From: an uncultured Candidatus Saccharibacteria bacterium
GTDB taxonomy: Bacteria; Patescibacteriota; Minisyncoccia; Phycocordibacterales; GWA1-40-21
NCBI GenBank assembly: GCA_964416925.1
Contig: CAYQFQ010000005.1
Location: 1-36,715, forward strand
Reading direction: 5' to 3'
Length of the DNA stretch: 36,715 nt
Shown here: positions 9,135-17,031 of the stretch, piece after piece
Layout: every line of letters begins with the position of its first letter
Position numbering within the stretch: the first letter of the stretch is position 1
Position numbers and translations under genes: made by a program
Notes under the pieces: generated by a model
Database searches by the model: none
What the model was told of the DNA's origin: nothing
Seen by the model: only the letters and a program-made list of their open reading frames with translations

Positions 9135-9186
9135 AAAAAGACCTAGCAGTAGGGATGAACTTGCGTTCATATACTTACTAGGTCTT
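9133..9186 (-). terminator. Compound hairpin between convergent genes; T-run only on the minus strand
   Basis: The outer stem pairs AAGACCTAG (9138-9146) with CTAGGTCTT (9178-9186). The inner hairpin is ATGAAC-ttgc-GTTCAT (9155-9170). The A-run at 9133-9139 reads as a U-run for the minus-strand transcript. Confidence 0.6.
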
Positions 9187-9241
9187 CCGTCGCATTTTGC
9201 AACGGCTTGGTTTATTATTCTTGTTTTCTTGGCCCTGTAAC

Positions 9242-9787
9242 TTACAGGACCTGGGCCGTGGCGTGGCCGTCATCATCGATCTGCACCCGGACGATGTCGC
9301 ATTCCTTGAGGTTGGTGTCCAGCATCAGGTTCCGAACCTGTTCGTCTGTGAACATCTCGTGGACGAGGCAGTTGATGAGGACGGCGTGGGCGACGACGAG
9401 TGTGTTCGGCGCGTCGCTTTTGATTGCGGCGCCCGCGACCTGACCGAAGCGGTGAAGCGTTTCCGCGTCCCCGTGCTTGTAGTAGTCCCGTAAGCTCGCG
9501 TAACCGAGCTGCTTGAACATCGCGTTACAAACCGCCCGGCCCTCGGCGTCGGGGAGCTCGAACAGCTCCGGAACCTGGACGATATCCAACTCGTCCCCCA
9601 ACATGTTCGTGGCCGTCTGCACCGTCCTCTGTGCGGACGAGCAGAATACCGCGCCGAACGTGATCCCCTTGAGCTTGAAGCCGGCATTCATTGCCTGCTC
9701 GCGACCCAGATCCGTCAGAACGCGGTTGGCGTCGATCGGATCCTTGGTCGTGTTCCCGTGCCGTACGAAGTACATTTCCTTCTTCAT
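9242..9787 (-). CDS. Histidine phosphatase superfamily protein (PGAM/SixA-like), G+C-rich foreign-looking gene
   Basis: Motifs MYFVRHGNT (RHG), CSSAQRTVQTA and VVAHAVLINCL are present. I chose ATG 9787, which is preceded by GAGGAG 8 nt upstream. Third codon positions are strongly G/C-rich, and nt 9241-9300 is 39/60 G+C by hand count. Confidence 0.8.
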   Translation of the reverse strand: MKKEMYFVRHGNTTKDPIDANRVLTDLGREQAMNAGFKLKGITFGAVFCSSAQRTVQTATNMLGDELDIVQVPELFELPDAEGRAVCNAMFKQLGYASLRDYYKHGDAETLHRFGQVAGAAIKSDAPNTLVVAHAVLINCLVHEMFTDEQVRNLMLDTNLKECDIVRVQIDDDGHATAQVL

Positions 9788-9843
9788 CGCGTACTCTCCT
9801 CTTTCTCTTCTTTCGAAGTTGTAACTCCGCCTATTCTCAAACA

Positions 9844-9902
9844 TTATGAGATAAGCATACTGAAAACGAATGTGATTCGCGCTCAATATGCTTATCTCAT
9901 AA
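9844..9902. repeat. Perfect 16-bp inverted repeat with 27-nt spacer in the divergent intergenic region
   Basis: TTATGAGATAAGCATA (9844-9859) is the exact reverse complement of TATGCTTATCTCATAA (9887-9902). It lies 57-115 nt upstream of the 9787 start. Confidence 0.9.
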
Positions 9903-10089
9903 ATGACTATATTATTGGCCCTAGAATCAAAGTACTGTATCTAACTAGTAGTAGTATAGCAAATTATAGACTATTTGTCAATGGGTAAACATTGTTTATA
10001 ATAATATGCCTAATTATATAGATATATTGATTATGGATTGATGGCTTAAGATTGTTTCAATATATTCATATTTTTGTTATGCTTTTGAT

Positions 10090-10479
10090 ATGAAAACTCA
10101 TGCCTTTAGATTATGCAGAGGTCAGGACTTAAGAAAAGAAATAGAATTATTTGCTACGAACAAAGAGATTACTGCTGGTCTGATTTTAACTTGTGTAGGA
10201 AATCTGGAAAAAGTCACAATAAGAATGTCGGATGGTAAAACGATAAAAGACTTTACCGGATCTTTTGAAATTGTTTCTTTGGTTGGTACATTAGAAAAAA
10301 ATAATTCGCATTTACATATTTCTTTCTCTGACTTAGAAGGAAAAGTATTTGGTGGACATTTAAAGATTGGGTCTATTGTTGGAACAACAGCAGAGATTGT
10401 CATGGGTGAACTTGAAGACAGTACTTTTTCTAGAAAGCTTGATCCGCAGACTGGGTATGATGAATTATTTGTTGAATAA
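10090..10479 (+). CDS. PPC (DUF296) domain protein
   Basis: 129 aa. The pattern AGLILTCVGNLEKVTIR..FEIVSLVGTL..HLHISFSD.EGKVFGGHL..GSIV.TTAEIVMGEL is typical of the PPC/DUF296 fold. Confidence 0.7.
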   Translation: MKTHAFRLCRGQDLRKEIELFATNKEITAGLILTCVGNLEKVTIRMSDGKTIKDFTGSFEIVSLVGTLEKNNSHLHISFSDLEGKVFGGHLKIGSIVGTTAEIVMGELEDSTFSRKLDPQTGYDELFVE

Positions 10480-10629
10480 ATTTTATTTGAAACAAAGTAA
10501 AATTGTGGTTTTTGTTTTTTTTGTAACAAAAGAATTGGATTAAATATTTCTTTGTTGATATAATAATATTATTACTAGAATAATTAATTGATCTCAAACC
10601 AAAATATTTTTGGTCAGACAAATAAAATT

Positions 10630-10689
10630 ATGGCAAAAGGTAACAATAGACAGCAGAAGAATAAGAAGAAACCAAAGAAAGCAAAATAG
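10630..10689 (+). CDS. Candidate 19-aa highly basic micro-ORF (MAKGNNRQQKNKKKPKKAK)
   Basis: ATG 10630 to TAG 10687-10689. A clean intrinsic terminator follows 13 nt later. There is no SD, but most backbone genes here also lack one. Confidence 0.3.
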   Translation: MAKGNNRQQKNKKKPKKAK

Positions 10690-10702
10690 TTTCTTTTAAA
10701 AA

Positions 10703-10725
10703 ATCACCCAACAGGGTGGTTTTTT
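10703..10725 (+). terminator. Rho-independent terminator
   Basis: Hairpin AUCACCC-aaca-GGGUGGU followed by TTTTT. Confidence 0.7.
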
Positions 10726-10792
10726 AATACATTGACAAATTGATTTCCGTCTGGCATTCTTAATATAGATTTTTCAAACAAAAGGAGCTTAG

Positions 10793-11359
10793 GTGAAAAA
10801 CAAGTATGAGACCATGAGTGTAGTGATCGGTGCGTGCGTTTATCTGTACATTATTATTTCGACGATTCTGCAGACGGGCGAAGGTTTTTCTTTTGCAACA
10901 TATGCGTTGTGGTCCGCTCTCGCGTGGATTACTGGTTACACAACCATGAAGAAGAAAGGGCCTTTCGGAGTCCCGATGATGTATGGGGTGGGTGCCACAT
11001 CTATGGCGGCGATTCTTCTTTTTAAAGGGCGTTTTTCATGGAACATGATGGACACCATAGTTGCAATTCTAGTATTCGTTTGTTTGTTTCTTCTGGTTAC
11101 TAGTGGAACCAGATGTGCGCTAGTCATGTCCGTTATTGGGGCAGTAATAGCAAGTGTTCCTTTTACGATAATGACTTGGGAAAACCCAGAAGCAAGTCCG
11201 ATAATCGCCAATGCAGGCTTTTTGGTATCTAACTTCCTGCTTCTACTTTCTGCTGGTAAACCGAGGGAGTGGACGATTGAGAACAGTTTATACGGAGGAG
11301 TAAACACTATTTCCTGCGGTTCACTTGTTCTTCCGTGGTTGCTGAATCTTGTTAAATGA
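10793..11359 (+). CDS. Multi-pass membrane protein, function unknown (moderately G+C-rich)
   Basis: GTG start preceded by AAAAGGAG. There are about 6 hydrophobic segments (VVIGACVYLYIIISTIL, YALWSALAWITGY, GVGATSMAAILLF, IVAILVFVCLFLLV, VMSVIGAVIASVPF, GFLVSNFLLLLSA). It has its own terminator. Confidence 0.65.
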   Translation: MKNKYETMSVVIGACVYLYIIISTILQTGEGFSFATYALWSALAWITGYTTMKKKGPFGVPMMYGVGATSMAAILLFKGRFSWNMMDTIVAILVFVCLFLLVTSGTRCALVMSVIGAVIASVPFTIMTWENPEASPIIANAGFLVSNFLLLLSAGKPREWTIENSLYGGVNTISCGSLVLPWLLNLVK

Positions 11360-11369
11360 GTTTTTTAAG

Positions 11370-11409
11370 GGGGTCGCTGTGTGCATTGCACCAGCGACCC
11401 CTTTCTGTT
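11370..11409 (+). terminator. Rho-independent terminator
   Basis: A 10-bp stem pairs GGGGTCGCTG (11370-11379) with CAGCGACCCC (11392-11401), followed by TTTCTGTT. Confidence 0.7.
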
Positions 11410-11455
11410 ATCTTATTGATTTTAAAATACGTTACTTTTTGTTATAGTTAGTTAT

Positions 11456-12007
11456 ATGAAGACTGAAATAGAAACACGATTTCTAGAAATTAATAAAGAA
11501 GATTTGATATCAAAACTTCAAGCACTAAAGGCTGTTAATATGGGAGAAGTTAAACTTGATGAAATCATTTTTTACGATAAAGATCTCAAGTGTCTTGAAA
11601 ATAATAGTTTTGTTCGTCTTAGAAAGAAGAACGATAAAATAGTACTAACTTACAAGAAAAACAAAGCACAAGGAATTGACACAGCAAGAGAAATTGAATT
11701 TGAAGTTTCGGATATGGATGAAGCGAAGCAATTTATAGAAGTCATGGGGTTGATTGCCTATAGGGTTGTGGAAAAATATAGGCATACATTCGAGATTGAC
11801 GGTGTAACGCTCGATATAGATACCTGGCCAAAAATACCAGTGTATGTTGAGTTTGAAAGTGATTCGATTGAAAAAATGAAATCAGTTGCAAATAAGCTTG
11901 GATTAGTTTGGGAAGATAGATTTGATGGTGATGCGAAATATGTTTTTAAACATTACGGTTTTGATTTTGATAATATTAGAACGGTTACTTTTGATAAATT
12001 TGAATAA
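11456..12007 (+). CDS. CYTH-domain protein (CyaB-type class IV adenylyl cyclase / triphosphate tunnel metalloenzyme)
   Basis: The N-terminal EIETRFL fits the ExExK-type motif. VRLRK, LTYK and PVYVEFES are strands typical of CYTH. 183 aa. Confidence 0.7.
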   Translation: MKTEIETRFLEINKEDLISKLQALKAVNMGEVKLDEIIFYDKDLKCLENNSFVRLRKKNDKIVLTYKKNKAQGIDTAREIEFEVSDMDEAKQFIEVMGLIAYRVVEKYRHTFEIDGVTLDIDTWPKIPVYVEFESDSIEKMKSVANKLGLVWEDRFDGDAKYVFKHYGFDFDNIRTVTFDKFE

Positions 12008-12008
12008 T

Positions 12009-12518
12009 ATGGAAACACCAAAGTTTGAAGCTGAACGCATAGAAAATTTGATAAAAACGTCAGATATTGCAATCGATCAAAAGAGCGGGTTAGCCATTGT
12101 GGTTATAAAGCCAGATGCTTTTTTAAAACGTGATTTGATAATAAAGAAGCTTGAGAATTCTGGTTTGTATGTTGTTAAAAAAGTGGAAAAAAGATTGCCA
12201 GATAATTTTGTTGTTGGTTCATTGTATAAAGATTTACCTAAAAGTATCGAAGATAAAACTCTTGAACATTTTAATATTGGGCCTTCTGAAATTGTTTTAC
12301 TTGAAGGTGGTGTAGACTTACTCGATAAAATAACGGCTTTAACAGGTGAAAAGACAAATCCTGCAGAGTGTGACGAATCTAGTATTAGATATTTATTTGG
12401 TGAGCATTTTGGGAGAGAGACTGAGGATGGAAAAACCTATTTTAGAAATGCTGTTCATAGGGGAAAAGATACAAAAGAAAGGGAGGAAGATTTAGATAAG
12501 TTTGAGTCGTTTTTTTGA
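12009..12518 (+). CDS. Divergent nucleoside diphosphate kinase-like protein
   Basis: LAIVVIKPDAF resembles NDK IIKPD, GPSEIVLLEGG resembles GPVVAMVLEG, LTGEKTNP resembles GATNP, and RNAVHRGKD sits at the position of the NDK phosphohistidine motif N..HGSD. ATG 12009 lies 1 nt after the CYTH stop, so I rejected the 11922 start. Confidence 0.65.
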   Translation: METPKFEAERIENLIKTSDIAIDQKSGLAIVVIKPDAFLKRDLIIKKLENSGLYVVKKVEKRLPDNFVVGSLYKDLPKSIEDKTLEHFNIGPSEIVLLEGGVDLLDKITALTGEKTNPAECDESSIRYLFGEHFGRETEDGKTYFRNAVHRGKDTKEREEDLDKFESFF

Positions 12519-12554
12519 TACAATAGAAGTTGTATATATGTTAGTATTAATACC

Positions 12555-13394
12555 ATGGAAAAACCAAATTTAGATAAAATAAATTTATCAGAGTCAATTG
12601 AAACTGGCAAGAATGTCACGATGTCTATTGATCTAATAAGACATCCTGAAAAAGATCCGGCAACAGGCAAATTAACACAAGCCGGCAAGGATGCTTTTTT
12701 TAAACAGTTGAGTGAAGATTTTATTGATAGGGGTGACTACGATTTAATTAAATTTTATGTCAGTCCACTATCACGTGGACAGGAAGCAAAAGAATCAATT
12801 GGTAGATTTATGGAAGCGTCTGGTGTTAATACAAGTATAAGAAATAGAAAGGAGTTGGTTGGGAGATTTTTAGAAGTTGGGCCTAATTTTAAGAAAGAAA
12901 TGACTGCTATTCTTGAACGCAATGAACTTATAACTAAAGAACAGGCAGACACAGCAAGAGAAAAGGATCAAACTATTCCGGCATACGAACCTGCAAATAA
13001 GGACTTTGAAACTAAATCTAACGAATTACTCATAAGGGATTATTTTGAAGAAAATCTCCCAAGCGCTTCTTTTTCAGGTAGAGAACATGCAGAAGCCTTA
13101 AAGGAACTTATTGATCATTTTTCAAGGTTGTCTTCTAGACTTAAGTCTGGTAGTAAAGTTAAACTTGTTTTAGTTGGTCACAGTGGGGTGATCGAATATC
13201 TAACTAAATATGTTTATCTTCAGAATCATCCTGAAATTAAGGCTGGGGATGTTTCTGTTGATGATATTGGGGGTCTAGTTGATTTCTCTAAGGGTCCAGA
13301 AATATTAATTAAGTCAGACGAGGGAGGAGAGCAAAAAATTAGATTTAAATTTAAAGATCTTGATTTGGATTATACCCTAGAAGATACAAAATAG
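12555..13394 (+). CDS. Histidine phosphatase superfamily protein
   Basis: Contains IDLIRHPEKD (RH motif), VSPLSRGQEAKES (SPLxRxxQT-like) and LVLVGHSGVIEYL (second catalytic His). Confidence 0.7.
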   Translation: MEKPNLDKINLSESIETGKNVTMSIDLIRHPEKDPATGKLTQAGKDAFFKQLSEDFIDRGDYDLIKFYVSPLSRGQEAKESIGRFMEASGVNTSIRNRKELVGRFLEVGPNFKKEMTAILERNELITKEQADTAREKDQTIPAYEPANKDFETKSNELLIRDYFEENLPSASFSGREHAEALKELIDHFSRLSSRLKSGSKVKLVLVGHSGVIEYLTKYVYLQNHPEIKAGDVSVDDIGGLVDFSKGPEILIKSDEGGEQKIRFKFKDLDLDYTLEDTK

Positions 13395-13405
13395 TAAAAA
13401 TATTG

Positions 13406-14503
13406 ATGAATATTGATCAAATAAATAAAAATAGATATCAAAGAGCTTTTTTCTTCAAAAAGCTCGGTTATCTTATGACTTGTTTTGTTCATTTTCATTA
13501 CAGGAAAAGGAATTTTTTGTGGATATACAGAGATGAAATGATGGGGTCATATATAGAAAATTCTGCAGCAGAAAAAGCTTCAAAAATTGGATTTGATATA
13601 TTTTCAAATGAATCAAATTTTGCTTTGTTTGAAAAAGGTTTTCGTCAGATAATCGTAGATTCTGAGATATATATAAAAAAGACAAAGGCTCTTAATTCTA
13701 TTACTGTTGGTGATCTTTACGATCTCCGAGGTATGATCTGTAGGATGTATTATTATTTTGAGAAAACCGAGTTCTTTTTTACGGATGGATGCTATAAGAA
13801 AGAGATGGGTCCTGTACTAAAAAAGAATTTGTTTATTCTTGGCGACGACCTAAAAATGAAAAGCCGACCATTGATAGTGGAACTTTTAACAACGATGGTT
13901 TATCATTTGGCAGATATAGTCGCAAAGTCCCACAATTTAGATTTAGAAGATGTAAAATTTTACAGTTTTGATGAATTGGTTGCTTTGCTAGAATCAGGTA
14001 TTAGAGTTAGTCAGGATGTGATTATTTATCGCCAGAAATCTTTTGTACTTTATTCTGAGGACGAAAATGTTATTGAAATTCAAGGAAAAGAAAAAGAAAA
14101 TATTTTGGAAAGATTTAAAGAAGACGATCATACCCAGAAGACAGAGTTTAAAGGAACAATAGCAAATAAAGGACATGTTATTGCAAAAGTTCGGGTAATT
14201 TTGGCTGAACTTGATCAAGACTACAATCTTTTTATAAAAAAATTGCATTCAATGGAGATGGAACCTGGTGATATTTTAGTTACCGAAACAACTTCGCCGG
14301 ATTTTGTGCCACTTATGAAGAAGGCCGGAGGTATAATTGCAAATCAGGGAGGTCTTAATTCTCACGCGGCAATAATATCTAGAGAACTTGGTGTTCCGTG
14401 TTTGGTTGGAACATATCATGCTACTGATATTTTGAAGACAGGTGATTTGGTTGAACTTGACGCTAATAATGGTATTGTTAGGATAGTTGAAAAAAGTAAA
14501 TAA
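13406..14503 (+). CDS. PEP-utilizer swivel-domain protein, paralog 7 (detached copy, ANQGG/NSH variant)
   Basis: The C-terminus is VTETTSPDFVPLMKKAGGIIANQGGLNSHAAIISRELGVPCLVGTYHAT..LDANNGIVRIV. The pre-swivel helix DLEDVKFYSFDELVALL is present. I chose ATG 13406; TTG 13403 is the alternative. Confidence 0.85.
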   Translation: MNIDQINKNRYQRAFFFKKLGYLMTCFVHFHYRKRNFLWIYRDEMMGSYIENSAAEKASKIGFDIFSNESNFALFEKGFRQIIVDSEIYIKKTKALNSITVGDLYDLRGMICRMYYYFEKTEFFFTDGCYKKEMGPVLKKNLFILGDDLKMKSRPLIVELLTTMVYHLADIVAKSHNLDLEDVKFYSFDELVALLESGIRVSQDVIIYRQKSFVLYSEDENVIEIQGKEKENILERFKEDDHTQKTEFKGTIANKGHVIAKVRVILAELDQDYNLFIKKLHSMEMEPGDILVTETTSPDFVPLMKKAGGIIANQGGLNSHAAIISRELGVPCLVGTYHATDILKTGDLVELDANNGIVRIVEKSK

Positions 14504-14547
14504 CGTTTTGTTGGTTTTATTTATTAGAATTAAAAGTAATTATAAAA

Positions 14548-16602
14548 ATGTCTAACGAAAATCCTTGGGGTAATTTCACACCAGCAATAGAAGATGAAGA
14601 AGCACTAAAGGCGCTTCAAGAAATTGCTGAAAATCCTCAAAAGGGTGAACAACCTGTAATTGATAGTTCCACAACTCAGGAAAATCCTTGGGGAAATTTT
14701 ACACCAGCACCTGAAGACGACATATCACTGCCAGTAGCACAAAGTCAGGAAGTTGAGGGGGCTGTAGTTGATAGTCCGACAGAAGGTTTAGAAGAAGATG
14801 GTATCCACGTAAAACCGTTAGTATTAAAACCTGAGACTGATTTTCTTGCGGATATTGTTGCTCCGACTGCGATTTCTCAAGATCAAAAATTGAATGAGAC
14901 TGAACCAAATGATGAGACAGGGGCGGATTCACTTAATTCTGTTAATACGGAAGAAAGTGTAATTGAAAATTCAGCACCTATTTTAACTGATGGAGAAGAT
15001 GTTCCCGGAGAGCTAGTTGCACAAAGTCCGGAAGTGATAGAACCTGAAATCGTAAAGCCAAAAAGCACTTCGATGGCAGATCTTGTAGCTCAAGCAGTAT
15101 TTTCGCCAGATAAAAAACTGGACCTGCCCGTGGTGGAGGATGAAACCGGAGCCGATTCACTAATGTCAGATGTATTACCTAATAAAGCACCGGAGGGACC
15201 AGAAGAACCGCTGTCTGTAGAAGTTTTGCCTCCTGCACCAGAAGTTCATCCTGTTGTCCTAACTGAAAAACCAGTAGATTATGATTTAAATCCAGAAGGA
15301 GAGTCTGAACTTACGTTTGTTCCTGGGGAAAGGATTGTAATCCCAGTGGAAGTTTTGAATGGAGAAAATAAAAGTCTTTTTAGTAAACTTTCAGAGTCTG
15401 CAAAAAATATTTTCAGCAAAGCTTACGAAAGTACAGTGAGAGCTACGGGCGCTGATATTGCAATGGACAAAATGCAGATTGCTTTTAATCAGTCATGGGC
15501 TGATAAGAGTGAAAAGCAGGCAATAGAACTAAAGGGTCAAATCGATGATTTGGATATTAAGAGTGGTGCCATAGAGACAGCAAAAAAAGCGCTAGAGGAA
15601 GTAATAGAAGATATGAAAGCTAATAACTCTCCAGGTGTAGAAAAATATCTATTAAAGGTTAGGGATTTAGACAATGAAAGAGACGCAATATTAAATAAAA
15701 GAGATATTGTACAAACAAAACTTGAGGCAAGAGACGCTAAGACTAAGTTGTTCATAAACGAAAGAGACAGGATTGCTGACAAGGTAATTGATCGTTACAG
15801 CGAAATTCTTAAACCTATGGAAGCGGAGCTAGAAAACCTTCAAGGATTAAGAGATAAATTGGAATATGATACTGCTGTAGTTGAAGTCAAAAATGATGAA
15901 CAATTAGAAAGATATAAAAGTCTCGAACAGCAGAAGAAATTAGTTGAGGGTTCTTTGAAGTTGTTGAATAAGTCAGATAGGGAAATTAAAAAATATGTTG
16001 CTGGAATAGATGACGAGCTTTCAGAAATCGCTTCAAATGTGAAGAAAGAGAAGGAAGATTTAGCTAGAAGGGGTGATGAGATCAACAAAAAAATTGCCGC
16101 AGCTGATGAAAAGGCAAATCCATATAGAGATAAGAAAGAACAGTTTGTACGCATAAAGAGCGGTAGGCCGATACTTATAAATATGAAGACAAGGGAGAAA
16201 GGGCCTGAATTTACTGGCAGTGAGGAAGTGAGTTCTACGTCTAGAGAAGAATCTGAGGCGGTTGAAGCTGGTGCTGAGGCTGTTGATGAATCTAGCAAAG
16301 AAACTACAACTACAGAGAAAATTCCAACGGTAGAAAAAAGTAAAGAAAGACAAAAAATATCTGAATTTATTTCAACTTGGAATGCATACCTTCAGGAAAA
16401 AGGAATAAAAAGTGACTCTCCTGAAATTCTAAATCAAAAAGAATTTCTGAAGATATCAAAAATGGTACCTAGCCAAGAAATGGCATTCAAGAATTTTAAG
16501 ACCATTATTGAGAAATATTATAAGCTAAGAAAGATTCAGGTTGATAAGTTTACTGCAAAAATTACTGGTTTTTACGAAAGTAAAATTAAAGCTAAAAAAT
16601 AA
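14548..16602 (+). CDS. Large acidic, Pro-rich repeat plus coiled-coil protein (cassette copy A), function unknown
   Basis: 684 aa. The N-terminal third has low complexity with an internal repeat ENPWGNFTPA (14557-14586 and 14680-14709) and ETGADSL twice. The C-terminal ~400 aa is clearly homologous to the C-terminus of 17032-19566. Confidence 0.8.
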   Translation: MSNENPWGNFTPAIEDEEALKALQEIAENPQKGEQPVIDSSTTQENPWGNFTPAPEDDISLPVAQSQEVEGAVVDSPTEGLEEDGIHVKPLVLKPETDFLADIVAPTAISQDQKLNETEPNDETGADSLNSVNTEESVIENSAPILTDGEDVPGELVAQSPEVIEPEIVKPKSTSMADLVAQAVFSPDKKLDLPVVEDETGADSLMSDVLPNKAPEGPEEPLSVEVLPPAPEVHPVVLTEKPVDYDLNPEGESELTFVPGERIVIPVEVLNGENKSLFSKLSESAKNIFSKAYESTVRATGADIAMDKMQIAFNQSWADKSEKQAIELKGQIDDLDIKSGAIETAKKALEEVIEDMKANNSPGVEKYLLKVRDLDNERDAILNKRDIVQTKLEARDAKTKLFINERDRIADKVIDRYSEILKPMEAELENLQGLRDKLEYDTAVVEVKNDEQLERYKSLEQQKKLVEGSLKLLNKSDREIKKYVAGIDDELSEIASNVKKEKEDLARRGDEINKKIAAADEKANPYRDKKEQFVRIKSGRPILINMKTREKGPEFTGSEEVSSTSREESEAVEAGAEAVDESSKETTTTEKIPTVEKSKERQKISEFISTWNAYLQEKGIKSDSPEILNQKEFLKISKMVPSQEMAFKNFKTIIEKYYKLRKIQVDKFTAKITGFYESKIKAKK

Positions 16603-16619
16603 TCTTTAATTTAAAATAT

Positions 16620-16889
16620 ATGGATAATACAAATATTAACTCAAAAACAGCGGACACAGAACTTTTGGAGAGAGAACTTGATGGTTTACTGGCGAGTGCA
16701 AAGAAATTAAGATACGAAATCGATTTCTCAAATAAGCAATCTCGAGAGAATGTTGAACAGATTAGCATCGATGTAGACAATTCTATCAACAAAATTCAAA
16801 AATTGTGTGGAGACTTGGATTTAGTTGAAAAAACAGCTGGAGATGAGCTGGATGCTCTGGTTTTAAAGCAAGTTGAGGATGTGGCTTAA
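16620..16889 (+). CDS. 89-aa helical partner protein (cassette copy A)
   Basis: It is a paralog of 19585-19854 (same 89-aa length, GDELDALVLKQVEDVA vs GDEFDAIVLKQVEEVA) and occupies the same position after the large gene. Confidence 0.75.
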   Translation: MDNTNINSKTADTELLERELDGLLASAKKLRYEIDFSNKQSRENVEQISIDVDNSINKIQKLCGDLDLVEKTAGDELDALVLKQVEDVA

Positions 16890-16921
16890 CATCAAGATTT
16901 TTATAAGGTCTGTATATTACT

Positions 16922-16947
16922 AAAAGCCTCTTAAAAGAGGCTTTTTG
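16922..16947 (+). terminator. Rho-independent terminator
   Basis: Hairpin AGCCTCT-taaa-AGAGGCT followed by TTTTT. Confidence 0.75.
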
Positions 16948-17031
16948 TGTTGTTAAAGATTATGGCTATGTGATATTATATATGGAGCTAATTTATTTAT
17001 AAGCTTTATTAATTTCTAAGATAAAAATAAA

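Noticed and set aside
9197-9824. Four additional ORFs of 78-120 aa in other frames of the G+C-rich island (9197-9493, 9207-9443, 9325-9687, 9513-9824), and the N-terminal extension 9788-9886.
   Set aside because: Stop-codon-poor high-G+C DNA generates long spurious ORFs. Only the 9242-9787 frame shows family motifs (RHG etc.) and an SD. The extension upstream of ATG 9787 runs through the AT-rich promoter region.
10122-10529. A 135-aa minus-strand ORF opposite the PPC/DUF296 gene, and the 63-aa ORF at 10430-10621.
   Set aside because: The + strand frame has clear DUF296 motifs. The antisense products are low-complexity with no signals.
10732-10766. A TTGACA (10732-10737) plus TAATAT (10761-10766) promoter for the membrane-protein gene.
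   Set aside because: The spacer is 23 nt, too long for a sigma70-type promoter, and the hexamer at 17-nt spacing (CATTCT) is poor. It was not reported as a feature.
11922-12008. Longer starts offered by the ORF track: 11922 for the NDK-like gene, 27336 for the second GT2, 20302 for VOC, and TTG 2664 / TTG 13403 for paralogs 2 and 7.
   Set aside because: The extensions overlap the preceding genes or add hydrophobic or odd N-termini absent from family members. Internal ATGs give tight coupling to the upstream stop, and the homology begins there. The two TTG alternatives remain possible.
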